DNA of 64,000 nucleotides. Origin: Lama guanicoe (lineage: Eukaryota). A program made the translations under genes and the position numbers. A model generated the notes under the pieces. That model made no database searches. It had not been told where the DNA came from and saw nothing but the letters and a program-made list of their open reading frames with translations. The stretch's first letter is position 1, and every line of letters begins with the position of its first letter. Positions 1-12,730 of the stretch are shown here, one piece after another. The DNA is taken from the NCBI GenBank assembly GCA_013239625.1, contig MU053493.1:1683793-1747792 (forward strand), given 5' to 3'.

Positions 1-2
1 AA

Positions 3-995
<993 letters not shown>

Positions 996-2926
996 AACAT
1001 TGACTCTCAGTTCTTGTGTTGATTCAACTTTGGTTTTTTATGCATTTTTCTCAAAAAAAGTGTGAAAGTACCTAGATGATGGTTATATATTGTATATAGA
1101 GGTGAAAAATGACATTTATTGCAAGGATTCCAGGCCAAAACCCAAACAAAGGAAACAAACAAAAAATCCCTGACAGTTCTTGCCCAGCCCCCAAAGTGGG
1201 AGCTTTTAGCCCAATACAGTCCATGGAGAGAACAGCTGGCTGGAGTGCCGTGTGACTTCCAGGGGTGTTTCTCCACGCCCTTAACACACAGTGTTCCCTG
1301 GGCCAAGGGTGGTCTCCCACAGGGACTGAGCTCGTCATCCTGCCCTGTGCTCCTGTTGCTCCTTCCACCGCCTGCCCAGCCTAGAGGAGCAGAGGTAAAA
1401 TGACTGCCTCTGTGCTCCTTCGAGAGCAGGAACTACAGGAGGGGCGAAGGCGTCTGTCCCCATCAGAGTGGAAGCCTCTAAACCAGGGCGGGGTCTGTAT
1501 TTCAGACCCTTTTCCATCCTGAGTACCCAGCAAGACCAGCATCATCTATAGGGTAGCGCTTAACACATGCAAAATGAGTGACTGCTTGTGTGGGCGAGTC
1601 CACATGTGAGCAGATGCAGGCAGGTCCAGGAGGGACAGAAAGGGTGCCATTAGCCACACTTGATAGCATTGTTCTTCCTGCCTTGGCGACTGCAGAGCAT
1701 CCAGCAAAGGTAGACGGGGAACAGCCAACCTCCACAATAGACAGTTTTTTGAGTCACATAATCTTTGAGAGCCTTGATCACTTAAAAAAAAAAGCAATTT
1801 TAGCTATGTTAAAGAGCATGATGATTGATAAAACGTCGTTCAGAAGAGTTCAACCAACAATGCTTGTAGAAGGGTGAGCATGCAGAGGGAGACGCACCTA
1901 GGGGATTCTGGTGCATCATTCTGTCCAAAGTCCTCAAGGTTAAAATGTTCTGATCTCCTGCAGAGCATGTCTGATACATACGTGTATATTGAGAAGCAAA
2001 CACATGATAGGACTTTAGAAGAATACTCTAGTACCTAATTCCCAGTGAGGGTCCCCTGCAGTGACAACAGAAGTCACGACACACCTTGAAGTCTCCCTGC
2101 TGTGTTCACAGGAGAGATGATGGCCCCCGCAGCTGCAGGTCTCTGCCCTCCCTCTCCTCCTAGACCCAGTCACCTAATAATCCTACCAGCCAAATTTAAG
2201 GGTTGTCTGCACCAGCTTTGGGCCTTAATAAGGTCCATTTTCAATAAAACTTCGAAACACTTCTTCGCTATTTTCCTAGTAATTACTAAACTTTCCAGAA
2301 ATAAACAGGACTTCTTGAGAAGGATAAAGTGCCCCCATCTTGATAACCAAAAATTTCCATTTGGTGGTTAGACATTAATGAGAATTTAATCCCAGCCAGT
2401 AATTTTACAAGGGCGATTGTGTTGTAATTTACAAGGGAGATCTGGTGGTTTCGCTCTGCCTCCCCCAACCCCCTGCCCTCCCTTCCCCGAGCATTGTTTG
2501 GAGTTTTACCATGCTTGGACCAGGGCTCCAAGAATGTGGTTATCAGGCCGCTACCAAATTGCATTTTCCTCCAGGGGCTCTGAGCACACGTAAGAGGAAT
2601 GAAAGTGTGCAGGGCAGTAAAAACAGGCTACTTCCCGTTTCCCTTGGCTGAGATCTCCAGCAGGGAAAGGGGAGGGATGGGGGCACATTCCTGCCCCTCC
2701 GGTTCCCTTTGTTGACGCTTTCTTGGCTGAATCACAGGTGAATGCCAGAGAGAGGAAGAGGAGGAGGTCTGGGAGAAGGTAGCTTTCTTCACTCTTAACC
2801 AGGGCAGCTGGGGAGCAAGAGAAGGGGAGAATGGAAAAAATTAGTTCTTTCTAATGAACTGTGGGCAGTGATTACATTTAAAATTGAATTTTAGGGTCCT
2901 TAGAGGTCTCTGCCACTTCTTTAATC

Positions 2927-3545
2927 TTTTTTTTTAAATGTTTAGTGTAGTTGATTTACAATGTTAGTTTCAGGTGTACAGCAAAGTGATTCAGTTATAC
3001 ATATACTTACATAGATTTTCTTTTCAGATTATTTTCCATTATAGGTTATTACAAGAAATTAAATATAGCTCCCTGTGCTATACAGTAGGACCTTGTTGTT
3101 TATCTACTTTATATATAGTGGTGTGTATCTATGAATCCCCAACCCCTGGTTTACCCGTCCCCGCCCTTTCCCCTTTGGTAATCATAGTTTGTTTTCTATG
3201 TCCGTGAGTCTGTTTTTTGGTTTGTAAATAGAATTTGTATCATTTTCTTTAGATTCCACGTATAAGTGATACCGTATGATATTTGTCTTTGACTGGCTTC
3301 TCTTAATATGATTATCTCTAGGTCCATCCATGTTGCTGCAAATGACATTATTTCATTCCTATTTATGGCTGAGTAATGTTGTGTATGTATATATATACCA
3401 CAACTTTATCCAGTCATCTGTAGATGGACATTTGGGTTGTTCCCAGGCCTTGGCTATTATAAATAGTGCTGCTGTGAACACTGAGGGGCATGTGTCTTTT
3501 TGAATCAGAGTTTTCTCTGAGTTTATGCCCAGGAGTGGAATCTTT
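2927..3545 (-). mobile_element. LINE-1 3' end fragment
   Basis: Same motifs as 302-995, preceded by poly-T. Confidence 0.85.
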
Positions 3546-3923
3546 GATCTTCTTCGTATATTTGATTGCTTTTCTTGTCTGCATCACCATTTGTCCCTTG
3601 ATGATTTTTCTGTTCTTCTCTCAGTTGGACCTGTGCCACTGAGACGGCAGGATCAGGTTAGGGGTGAGCATCTACAAAAGACACTGTTGGTGTCCGTCCC
3701 TTCCTGGCCTCGCTGTTGTCTGGGCACCTTGCAAAACTGGAGCCAGTGATTCACACACGTGTTCACACGGGAAGTTTACACGCTTGTTGTGCTCCTCCGT
3801 GCAGGGTGCTTTGAGCGCTTATGTCCAGGAACCAAATCCGTGGCCTTCCCCTACTGCTTTGAAAGGTATATCTAAAATTCCAACAAACTGACCATTTATT
3901 TGTATCATATAATTTCAACATTT

Positions 3924-4834
3924 TGTCAGATCTGACACTTCATCTGAAGAGGCAGGGAAGGAGCTGGGATGTATATTGAGTTTTTGCAACAAAGACCAGG
4001 TAGTCGTGATGCAGGGAAAATGTGGAGTGAGAGGATGGCCATGTCCCAGGTCCCAGGCGAGCCCCTAGGATGTACCCTACCAAGTGAGGGTCCTTGGCTT
4101 TGTGCAGGAAAGAATTCAAGAGCGAGCCATAGTAGAGTGAAAGCAGATTTACTCAGGGAGATGCACACTCCATAGGCAGAGCTGGGCCGTCTTACCCAGA
4201 AGGGAGGGCAGTGGCCTCAGAGCATGGGGTCGGCTAGGGGAAATGGGATCGGGCCACGAGGGGTGGGGGTGTTAGTTTTTATGGGCTGGGTAACTTTGTA
4301 TGCTAACAAGTTGGAGGATTACTCCAATTACTTTGGGATAGGGCCTGAGATTCCCAGGAACTGGGCCATCACTCTTTTGACCTTTTGCGGTCAGCCTAGA
4401 ATCTGCCCTGGCACCTGTGGGAGTGTCATTTAGCAGCTGTTGTATTTCAATGTGTGTATATTGAAGCTCAAGTTCTACTGGGAGCTGAATCTTCCACCAT
4501 CTTGGTGTAAAGGCTGTGTCATTCTTTGAATGGTTGTGCCCTGCCCCCTTCCTTCCTGTCTCAGTTGGAACATTAAAAGATGACTGTTAATTAAAGAAAG
4601 CTAGGTATCTCAAGTTAAGGAATTTAGTGATTTTCTATGTATGAGAAGATGCAAAAGTCTGGGCTCATTGAAAGCAGTCCTTTGATGTGCACCTTAGCTC
4701 TCTAGGGCCAATGTCCTGTTCTTTCTCCATCCTGAGTTCCCTCTGGCTCACAGTCGGGGCAGAATAGTGGCTGATGACTTGATGGCACAGCATCCTTCGT
4801 TTACTGATATGGCTGGCAGTAATTCTCATTCACA
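3924..4834 (-). mobile_element. ERV1-type solo LTR (outer), interrupted by a second LTR
   Basis: LTR-like sequence ending ...attcaca at 4834. The halves rejoin as ccaggtagtcg/gaacattaaaag once 4007-4567 is removed. The left boundary is approximate. Confidence 0.6.
4007..4563 (-). mobile_element. ERV1-type solo LTR (inner, nested)
   Basis: TG...CA termini (tgatgcagg...cctgtctca) flanked by 4-bp target-site duplication GTCG (4003-4006) / GTTG (4564-4567). Confidence 0.7.
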
Positions 4835-4879
4835 AGGGTATGTAACCCAGAGCCCCGCCCACTGTGCCCACTCAGTGGT

Positions 4880-5612
4880 CTGATTCCCTGCACTCAGGCT
4901 TTTCCTCCCAAACCTGGACATCCACTCCCCCCACTCCCTCCAATCTGGGCTCCATGAGAAGTGCCACGACTGTCTCCTTCAGCAAGACAGACACTGGCAA
5001 TTATTCTGGCACCTCCCTTTTCTGCACTCAGGATCACCACATTCTGATCACTTGCCCTCCTGAATACATCATGGTCTGCTCACTTCTTTTCTTCTCTACA
5101 CTGACACACGAGTTGAAGCCGGCATCATTTTTCACTTGGGATCCTGCAGTTGTGCCCTCAGAATTCGGTCCTCCAAATTCAGTCCTGCTCTTTCAATCCA
5201 TTTTGCACCAGAGAGACATAACCAGCTTCAGCATCCCTCACCACTAGCTCGCCCTGAAAGCCACTCAGTGGCCTTGCTGTCTGTCCAGTCTCCCCCTGGA
5301 CCATCCTCCCCACACGCTAAGTCCTCCAGTCTTGCTGGCCTTCTTCTGTCCCCTCAGAGCCACTGCAGTCTTCCTGCCACAGGGCCTTTGCGTATCCTCT
5401 TCCCTCTGCCTGCTCATCCTTTGGGTCCCTGCCCAAATGCCAGTTCCTTATGGAAAACCTCCCTGACCGCTTTACACCTTAGACTAGGTCAGAGCCCTCA
5501 GACTCAGCTCCACGATGGCAGGGACCATGTTTAGGTTTCATTCACCCCATGTTCCCAGAGCCTGCACCTCACCCCAGAGCGGGAACTCAATCTTTCTGAA
5601 TGAATGGATGAC
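4880..5612 (+). mobile_element. LINE-2 (L2) relic
   Basis: C/T-rich L2-like tract (gccacagggcctttgcg...cttccctctgcctg) ending in a tgaatgaatgga L2-type tail. Confidence 0.6.
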
Positions 5613-6830
5613 TCAAACGTTGATCTCCTAATTTGAAGGCAAATTTCTGTCCTCCCATCAAGGAGTTCCCTCCTGGAGTATCAAATAGGAAACCAACCAC
5701 GTCCCCTCTGGATTTGAAACTTTGATTTCACTGTTGGGAACAAGGAACAATCTCAATATGCAAATGATTCTGGTCCCTGTAACTGTCAGGAAGAATCCTC
5801 AATATCAGCAACACCAAACCGGCCTTGGTGCTGTCTCTTCGAAGGGATAACGTCACGTCACCAAGAGGGCTGGTGGGAGGAAAACATTTTATCAATCACT
5901 TCCACCAGCACAACAGGTAGGACTCATCAACCTAAATACTCTATTGTTGTCATACCAGGTTAATAACTGGAGACAAGTCTCCTTATCAGTTGGTGCTTGA
6001 AGCCCTTCTCTGTGTGTCTCATAGATCCACCATTGAAGACATCATTCTTCCTGTCATTTGACATCCCTTAACTTAATACAAGTTGAGCTGGAAAGAATCT
6101 TTTCTGACAAAACTTTGTCAGAGATTCAACTTCCTCTTTTTGAACAATGAGAAAGATGGAATCCAGCATGTTTTCCTTTTTTCCATGGCTTTAGGGAAGC
6201 TTAGCACCAAACTTAATATTTAATTCTAGGAAGTGTATTATTGTAGGTTTTAGGATTATGTGGTTGACATGGCCTCCTGATTTCCTCTACTTTTTCATGT
6301 CTTCTGTTCCATTTACATAAATTTACTTTACATGTCTGTTATTTCAAAGTATGTAGGATATAACTCATAAATTACACATTTTTAAATGCAGATGAGCCTG
6401 TACTTAAGGCTGTAGGTCTTAGACTGGCCAGACCTACAATAGCAGGTTCTGATTCTCCCAAAACTTTCTGGGTTAAGTGGTTTCTTGTCATGTTTGCGGA
6501 TCTGGATTAGGGTCTTGGGTTTCCTGTAGGCTTGTTGGGAAATCAGTAACCAATCTTGAGATCTTATTTGGCATCCTCTTCCCAAGTGACCAGGAAGAGA
6601 AGATGCTGGTAAAAAAAGACCCTAACAGGAAAGACAAGGAGAGAAACAAGATAGTAACTAGAAGAAGACCTGAAGGAAAGATCAGGCTTGGAAAGGAGGT
6701 GGTGACCCCTGTTATGTAGAGAAGCCATTGAAAGACAAAAGTGCAGGAAAAGAGAATGTCTTCATGTTATAGACAAGGGTCAAGGGTGATCAGATGATGG
6801 GGAAGAGGTAGGATTAAGTGTTGGAGGGTA

Positions 6831-6969
6831 TTTTTTTTTACTTTATTTTAAAATTAAGGGGGGTAGTAATTAGGTTTTTGTTTATTTATATGGTGGTAAT
6901 GGACCTCTGAACGCAGGACCTCGTGCACGCTAAGCATTTGTTCTACCACTGAGCTGTATCCTTCCTCCC
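6831..6969 (-). mobile_element. tRNA-derived SINE (camelid Vic-type)
   Basis: Reverse complement of the GGGAGG..TAGCTCAGTGGTAGA..GAGGTCCTG.GTTCA head with A/B boxes. AAGTGTTG occurs on both flanks. Confidence 0.75.
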
Positions 6970-8762
6970 AAGTGTTGATGTTTTAGTGTGTCTGGAAAAT
7001 GGCAATCTTGTTCCTGACTTTGAGAGCCAATTCATAGATAAAAATATCAGCTTTATTTATAATGAATGTTGTGCTAGAGTATGTGATTCAGTCCTTGCTG
7101 AACACACCCCAGAATTAGATGTACCCACTCAGTCACGGGCACACTAGCCACCTGCAAGCCTCCCTCTTCTAGGCAGAGTCAGTCTTCTCTGCAAAGCTTA
7201 CCATAAGACCTAGACAAAGGGAGAGCCCACATTCCATGCAGGCAGCTGGCCCCCAAGGAGGGAGGATCATACGTGTGGCTGACCCCAAAACTCCAACCAG
7301 AAAATCAGTTCTTCTTAAGAATAAAGCAAAGGCTAGAGAGAGGCCAGGAGTTTTACACTAACGGAAAATTCGGACCTATAAGAAGAAACCACAAGAAGGA
7401 GGAAGAAGAACCCCCCAGCAACATTACTGACTTGAAGCCAGTAGGGAGGACTGGAGTTCACCTTTAGGAGAAATATGGTAGGAAAGGAGGAGCCAAGAGA
7501 TCGCCTGGCGGGAATAATGGCGACCCACTGAAATCCACAACTTTCACCAGCGTTGCACTACAGCCCAAGGGCAAGGATGCAGAAAGTGAGTGACGCGTGA
7601 GGCATGGAAAGGGAAGCTGAAGGGAACCTGTGCTCCAGGAACCAGTCGGTGCAGGTGTCACAATGATGTCAGGGTTCGCAAAGGGCAGCAGAAACCTTAT
7701 GTAGCCTCCAGCGACCAGTTATCCCTGCCCAGCCCTGGAGTCCTCATCCGACAGATAAAGGGTCAGGGATGGTTACTATTATGCTGAAAGTAAGGGAGAC
7801 GCAACCTAGGATGTCAGTAAGAGCATCACTGAGTGGCTGACTGGAGTCAGAGCAGAAAGTAGAAAGAAAAGGCTAATGACTTAGATGACTTGAATTCTAG
7901 AAACCAAGGAGGTGTGAGGCACGACCATGTTTGTATGTATTCCTGATGCAGCCTAGAGGGAGAATCATTGAGAACTTAATATTCTTTTAGTAACAACTCA
8001 GTATTTTGCTTCCTAAAAAGAAGGAAGACAGGAGATTAAAGACCTGAGTCTTGTTCTTTGTTTAGACTTTCACATATAAAATCTCTGTGAGGAAGCATAA
8101 TCAGATTCTTCCCTGGGGAGGGTCTCCCTACAATTCCTAAACTTAAAAGGCAGCCCCACATGAGGAAGTCAAGGGGAATGAAAACAGCTGAATGTGAAAT
8201 TTGGACTGGATGAGACAAGTCTATGATCACTAGACCTGGAATAAAATTACAGGGTAGGAATAGTCTTAGAACTCAATATAGAATGCCATGGGATCTTGAA
8301 CATGGGTTTCTTCAAGTATGAACGGGACCTAGTTGTCCTACTAACATTATGTTTTTATGTTAACGTTCAACTCTCTCATTAAGGAAATGTTCCCATATAA
8401 TTTACGAGCTGCCTTGCAGGTGAAGGGTGATCATTGCACAAGAAAAGATAATTGTAGATAAAACAAGTTTTAATAACTGGCTTCCTACTGGGCTCCTAAT
8501 GTCTAGATTCTGTCCTTAGGAAAGACACATAAGAACTCTGACCATAAGAATATGAATCTGGATCTTACATTTAATAGATCAAAGTCTATGAAAGTCCAAT
8601 AGAGTTACGCCCCAGATAAGTATTCTCTTGGAAGTTAGTACCAAAGTTCTACAAGCTTATATATTGTTGTGCCTGGCATTTGAATGAAATGGAAAACATT
8701 TACAATGCCTTAACAAAAATGCACTTTGGTTAAACTCCTTTAAGTTTTCGTGGTGTAACATT

Positions 8763-10678
8763 CAAAAATCCCTAGGTAATAGACCCACTGAGATACAGAT
8801 GCAAGTACAGGAAGGTTTGTAGCAGTCCTGCCTGGCACGGCCATGTCATTCTGCACTTGGAAAGCACCTACTTCATGGTGTACCTTCCTTTACACAATTT
8901 CACCTTTCCCAACAGTATCCTGCTACATGTGTTGTTGTTATTATTGTCATGATTATCATCCTTGCTTCACGAATCACTTCCTGGTAAGAGAGGCACCACA
9001 AACAGGAGCTAGTGGAGTCGCGTCATCCCTCATGAGAGAACAGGCACATCTCAGAAAGACTCCTGCCATTAGCAAAACGTTCATCAGAAACAGCCTTTGT
9101 TTTCTTCTTGAAAACAAACTAAACAGACAAAAAGACTCATGATATGTAATGTCAGGTGTTAACCCGGAACCTTTAACTTTTACTTTCTGAATTTAAAATA
9201 CAAGTAGAAATATATATATATACACACACATATATATACATATATATATATATGTGTGTGTATATATAATATATATAAAGGATACTAGACAATAACTAAA
9301 ATCTACCTGAAGAAATAAAGAACACCAGTAAAAGCAACTACATAGGTAAATATAAAAGACATAAATGTATGTTTTGGTTTTAACTACTTTTTAATATCTA
9401 TATAATTTTAAAAACAACTGCATAGAGCAATAATTACAAGTCTATGTTGAAGGGCACACAATGTATAATGATGTAATTAGTAGGCAAGGAAAGCATGGAG
9501 CTTTATAGGAGCAATTGTTTTGTATACTATTGAAAAAGTTGACATTAATCTGAACTACATTGTTATTAAGATACTCATTTTAATGCCCAGGACATCCACT
9601 AAGAAAATAATTCAAAAACATACAATAAAAGAAACAGGAGAATTAAAAATGCCTAGGAAAGACTAGAAAATGTCTACTTAACACAGAAAAAGGTAGTAAT
9701 GGAAGAACTGAAGAACAAAACAAAAATCCCTAGGTAATAGACCCACTGAGATACAGATGCAAGTACAGGAAGGTTTGTAGCAGTCCTGCCTGGCACGGCC
9801 ATGTCATTCTGCACTTGGAAAGCACCTACTTCATGGTGTACCTTCCTTTACACAATTTCACCTTTCCCAACAGTATCCTGCTACATGTGTTGTTGTTATT
9901 ATTGTCATGATTATCATCCTTGCTTCACGAATCACTTCCTGGTAAGAGAGGCACCACAAACAGGAGCTAGTGGAGTCGCGTCATCCCTCATGAGAGAACA
10001 GGCACATCTCAGAAAGACTCCTGCCATTAGCAAAACGTTCATCAGAAACAGCCTTTGTTTTCTTCTTGAAAACAAACTAAACAGACAAAAAGACTCATGA
10101 TATGTAATGTCAGGTGTTAACCCGGAACCTTTAACTTTTACTTTCTGAATTTAAAATACAAGTAGAAATATATATATACACACACATATATATATACATA
10201 TATATATATATGTGTGTGTATATATAATATATATAAAGGATACTAGACAATAACTAAAATCTACCTGAAGAAATAAAGAACACCAGTAAAAGCAACTACA
10301 TAGGTAAATATAAAAGACATAAATGTATGTTTTGGTTTTAACTACTTTTTAATATCTATATAATTTTAAAAACAACTGCATAGAGCAATAATTACAAGTC
10401 TATGTTGAAGGGCACACAATGTATAATGATGTAATTAGTAGGCAAGGAAAGCATGGAGCTTTATAGGAGCAATTGTTTTGTATACTATTGAAAAAGTTGA
10501 CATTAATCTGAACTACATTGTTATTAAGATACTCATTTTAATGCCCAGGACATCCACTAAGAAAATAATTCAAAAACATACAATAAAAGAAACAGGAGAA
10601 TTAAAAATGCCTAGGAAAGACTAGAAAATGTCTACTTAACACAGAAAAAGGTAGTAATGGAAGAACTGAAGAACAAAA
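8763..10678. repeat. Direct tandem duplication, 2 x 958 bp (8763-9720 and 9721-10678)
   Basis: Both copies start caaaaatccctaggtaatagacc. The identical 99-aa ORFs at 8843 and 9801 are offset by exactly 958 bp. Confidence 0.97.
9211..9276. repeat. Compound (TA)n(CA)4(TA)n..(TG)4(TA)n microsatellite; second copy at about 10169-10234
   Basis: Read directly from the sequence. Confidence 0.9.
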
Positions 10679-11625
10679 AAAGACATAAGACATGTAGAAA
10701 ACAAACAGCAATGCGGCAGAGGAAAGTTCTTCCTTCTCAGTAATCATACAAAATGTAAATGGATTAAACTGTCCAGTTAAAAGACCCAGACTGGCAGAAG
10801 AGATTTTTTTTTTAATATGATCTATATGCTGTCTACAGAGACATACTTCATAGTCACAGATACAAATAGTTTGAAAGTAAAAAGATGAAAACAGATATTC
10901 CATGCAAACAATAAGCACAAAAGAGCTGCAGTGGCTATACTGACATCAGACAAAATGTATTTTTAAGACAAAAATTGTTTCTCAAAATGAAAAAGGACAT
11001 TACATAAAGATGATGTAACAATTATAAACATATATGCATAGCCTCATAATCTATGACTACATATATGAAGCAAAAACTGACAGAACTGAAGGGAGGAACA
11101 CACAGTTCTAAGGTAACAGTTGGAGAATCCAGTATCTCACTTTTACTAATTAAAGAACAACTAGACAGAAGATCATCAAGGAAATAAGTCTCAATAAATT
11201 TTTAAAAGATTGAAATAATACAGAGTATGTTCTCCAATCACAATGAAATACAATGATAAATTAATAATAAAAGAAAATTTACAAATATGTGAAAACTGAA
11301 CAACACATTCTTAAATAACCAATGGATCAAAGAAGAAACTGTTCACAAGAGAAATTAGAAAATATTTCAAAGCTGCACAACAGTATGAATGTACTTAATG
11401 CCACTAAACTGGACACTTAAAAATGGTTAAGATGGCAAATTTCATATTACGTTTATTTGACCACAATTAAACTTTTTTGAAAAAAGGAAAGATAGAAAAT
11501 ACTTCAAAATGAACAAAAAATGAGAACACAACATGACCAAAACTTACGGGATGTAGCAAAAGCAGTGTCAGAAGAACATTTATAACTGTAAACACCTATA
11601 TTAAAGAAAGAAGAAAGATCTCAAA
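9280..11625 (+). mobile_element. Old LINE-1, inter-ORF region plus ORF2 endonuclease part, degenerate; its 5' part lies inside the tandem duplication
   Basis: About 10752-10798 translates NVNGLNCPVKRPRLAE, the L1 ORF2 N-terminal motif. Further L1-like segments follow (ctgtctacagagac, aaataaccaatggatcaaagaag). A-rich strand bias. Confidence 0.85.
11372..11492 (+). mobile_element. Short 5'-truncated L1 3' end inserted into the older L1
   Basis: L1MB-like tail (aatgtacttaatgccactaaactggacacttaaaaatggttaag) flanked by 16-bp TSD tagaaaata[t/c]ttcaaa at 11356-11371 and 11493-11508. Confidence 0.8.
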
Positions 11626-11629
11626 GGCA

Positions 11630-12730
11630 TTGAGCAGTGAAGTAATGAATAGACCACCATCGAGCTCCCACACTGATCACTGAACTGCTCACAAACAGGC
11701 AGATCCCAAAAGCACTGAAAAGGCTTTGAGACTAAACTGAAACTGAAATCACCACCCACAGAAACCATATTAGAATGTGTAGCTTGGACCTAGCCGGGTC
11801 AATCATTTGCTAAAACAAAAATATCAACATTATCCACAGGATTTAAACCAGACTTCTAATCAAGTGATATAATACTCAAAAGGTCCAAGATACAATCTGA
11901 AATAATTTGGAATATGAAGAACCCAGAAAATGTCAACTCACCTGGGGGAAAAAAGACAACAAATAAATATCAATGCCAAGATAACACAGATTTTGGAATT
12001 ATCCGAGAAAGACTTTAAAGCAGCTGTTATTAAAACACTTGAAACTAACAGAAAAAAATAGAAAGTCTTAGTTAAAAAAAAAAAGGAAACTATAAAGAAG
12101 ACCCAATGGAAATTTTAAAAACTGAAATATACACTAAGTGAATCTCACTGGATAGGCTCAATAGCATAATAGAAATGACAGAGGAAAGAATCAGTAAACT
12201 TGAAGGTATATCAGGACAAATAATACAGTGTGAACAACAGAGAGTAAACAGACTAAAAAAAAAATAGCCTCGGGGGCCTGGGGGACAATAACAAAAAGTA
12301 TGACATTTGTGTCTTCAGAGTCCCAGAGAGGAGAAAACGTGTGGTGAAGAAAAGAATATTTTAAGAAGTAGTATCTGAAAACTTCTCAAGTCGGGCGAAA
12401 GACATAAACCTACAGGTTAAAGAAATTTATCAAAGGCTAAGCAGGATTAACTCAAAGGAATCCACACTTAGACATATGTTAGAAATTGCTGAAAACAAAA
12501 GACAAAAAAAAAGTTGATAGAAGCCAGAGGAAAATGATGTATTATTTACAAAGAAACAGCAATTTGAATAATGGCAAATTTCTCATTAGAAACCATGGAG
12601 ACCAGGAGAAAGTAACACCGTGTTTTTAAGGCTGAAAGAAAAGAACTGTCCATCAAAATTCTATAATCAACAAAGCATCCTTCAGGAATGAATATGAAAT
12701 GAAGATATTTACAGACAGAGGAAACCTAAG
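11630..12730 (+). mobile_element. Old LINE-1 5'/ORF1 region, degenerate
   Basis: ORF1-like segments (gaaagaatcagtaaacttgaag, gagtcccagagagg, tctgaaaacttc, aaagacataaacctacag, gcaaatttctcattagaaaccatggag). Confidence 0.7.

Noticed and set aside
7273..7787. Purine-rich short ORFs as possible retroviral gag or a processed pseudogene
   Set aside because: No recognisable motif, LTR context, poly-A tail or TSD.
8843..10100. Two identical 99-aa Cys-rich ORFs (8843..9142 and 9801..10100) as a duplicated gene
   Set aside because: Their identity follows from the tandem duplication. There is no recognisable domain, and the Cys/Tyr run derives from a low-complexity tgttgttgttattattgt tract.
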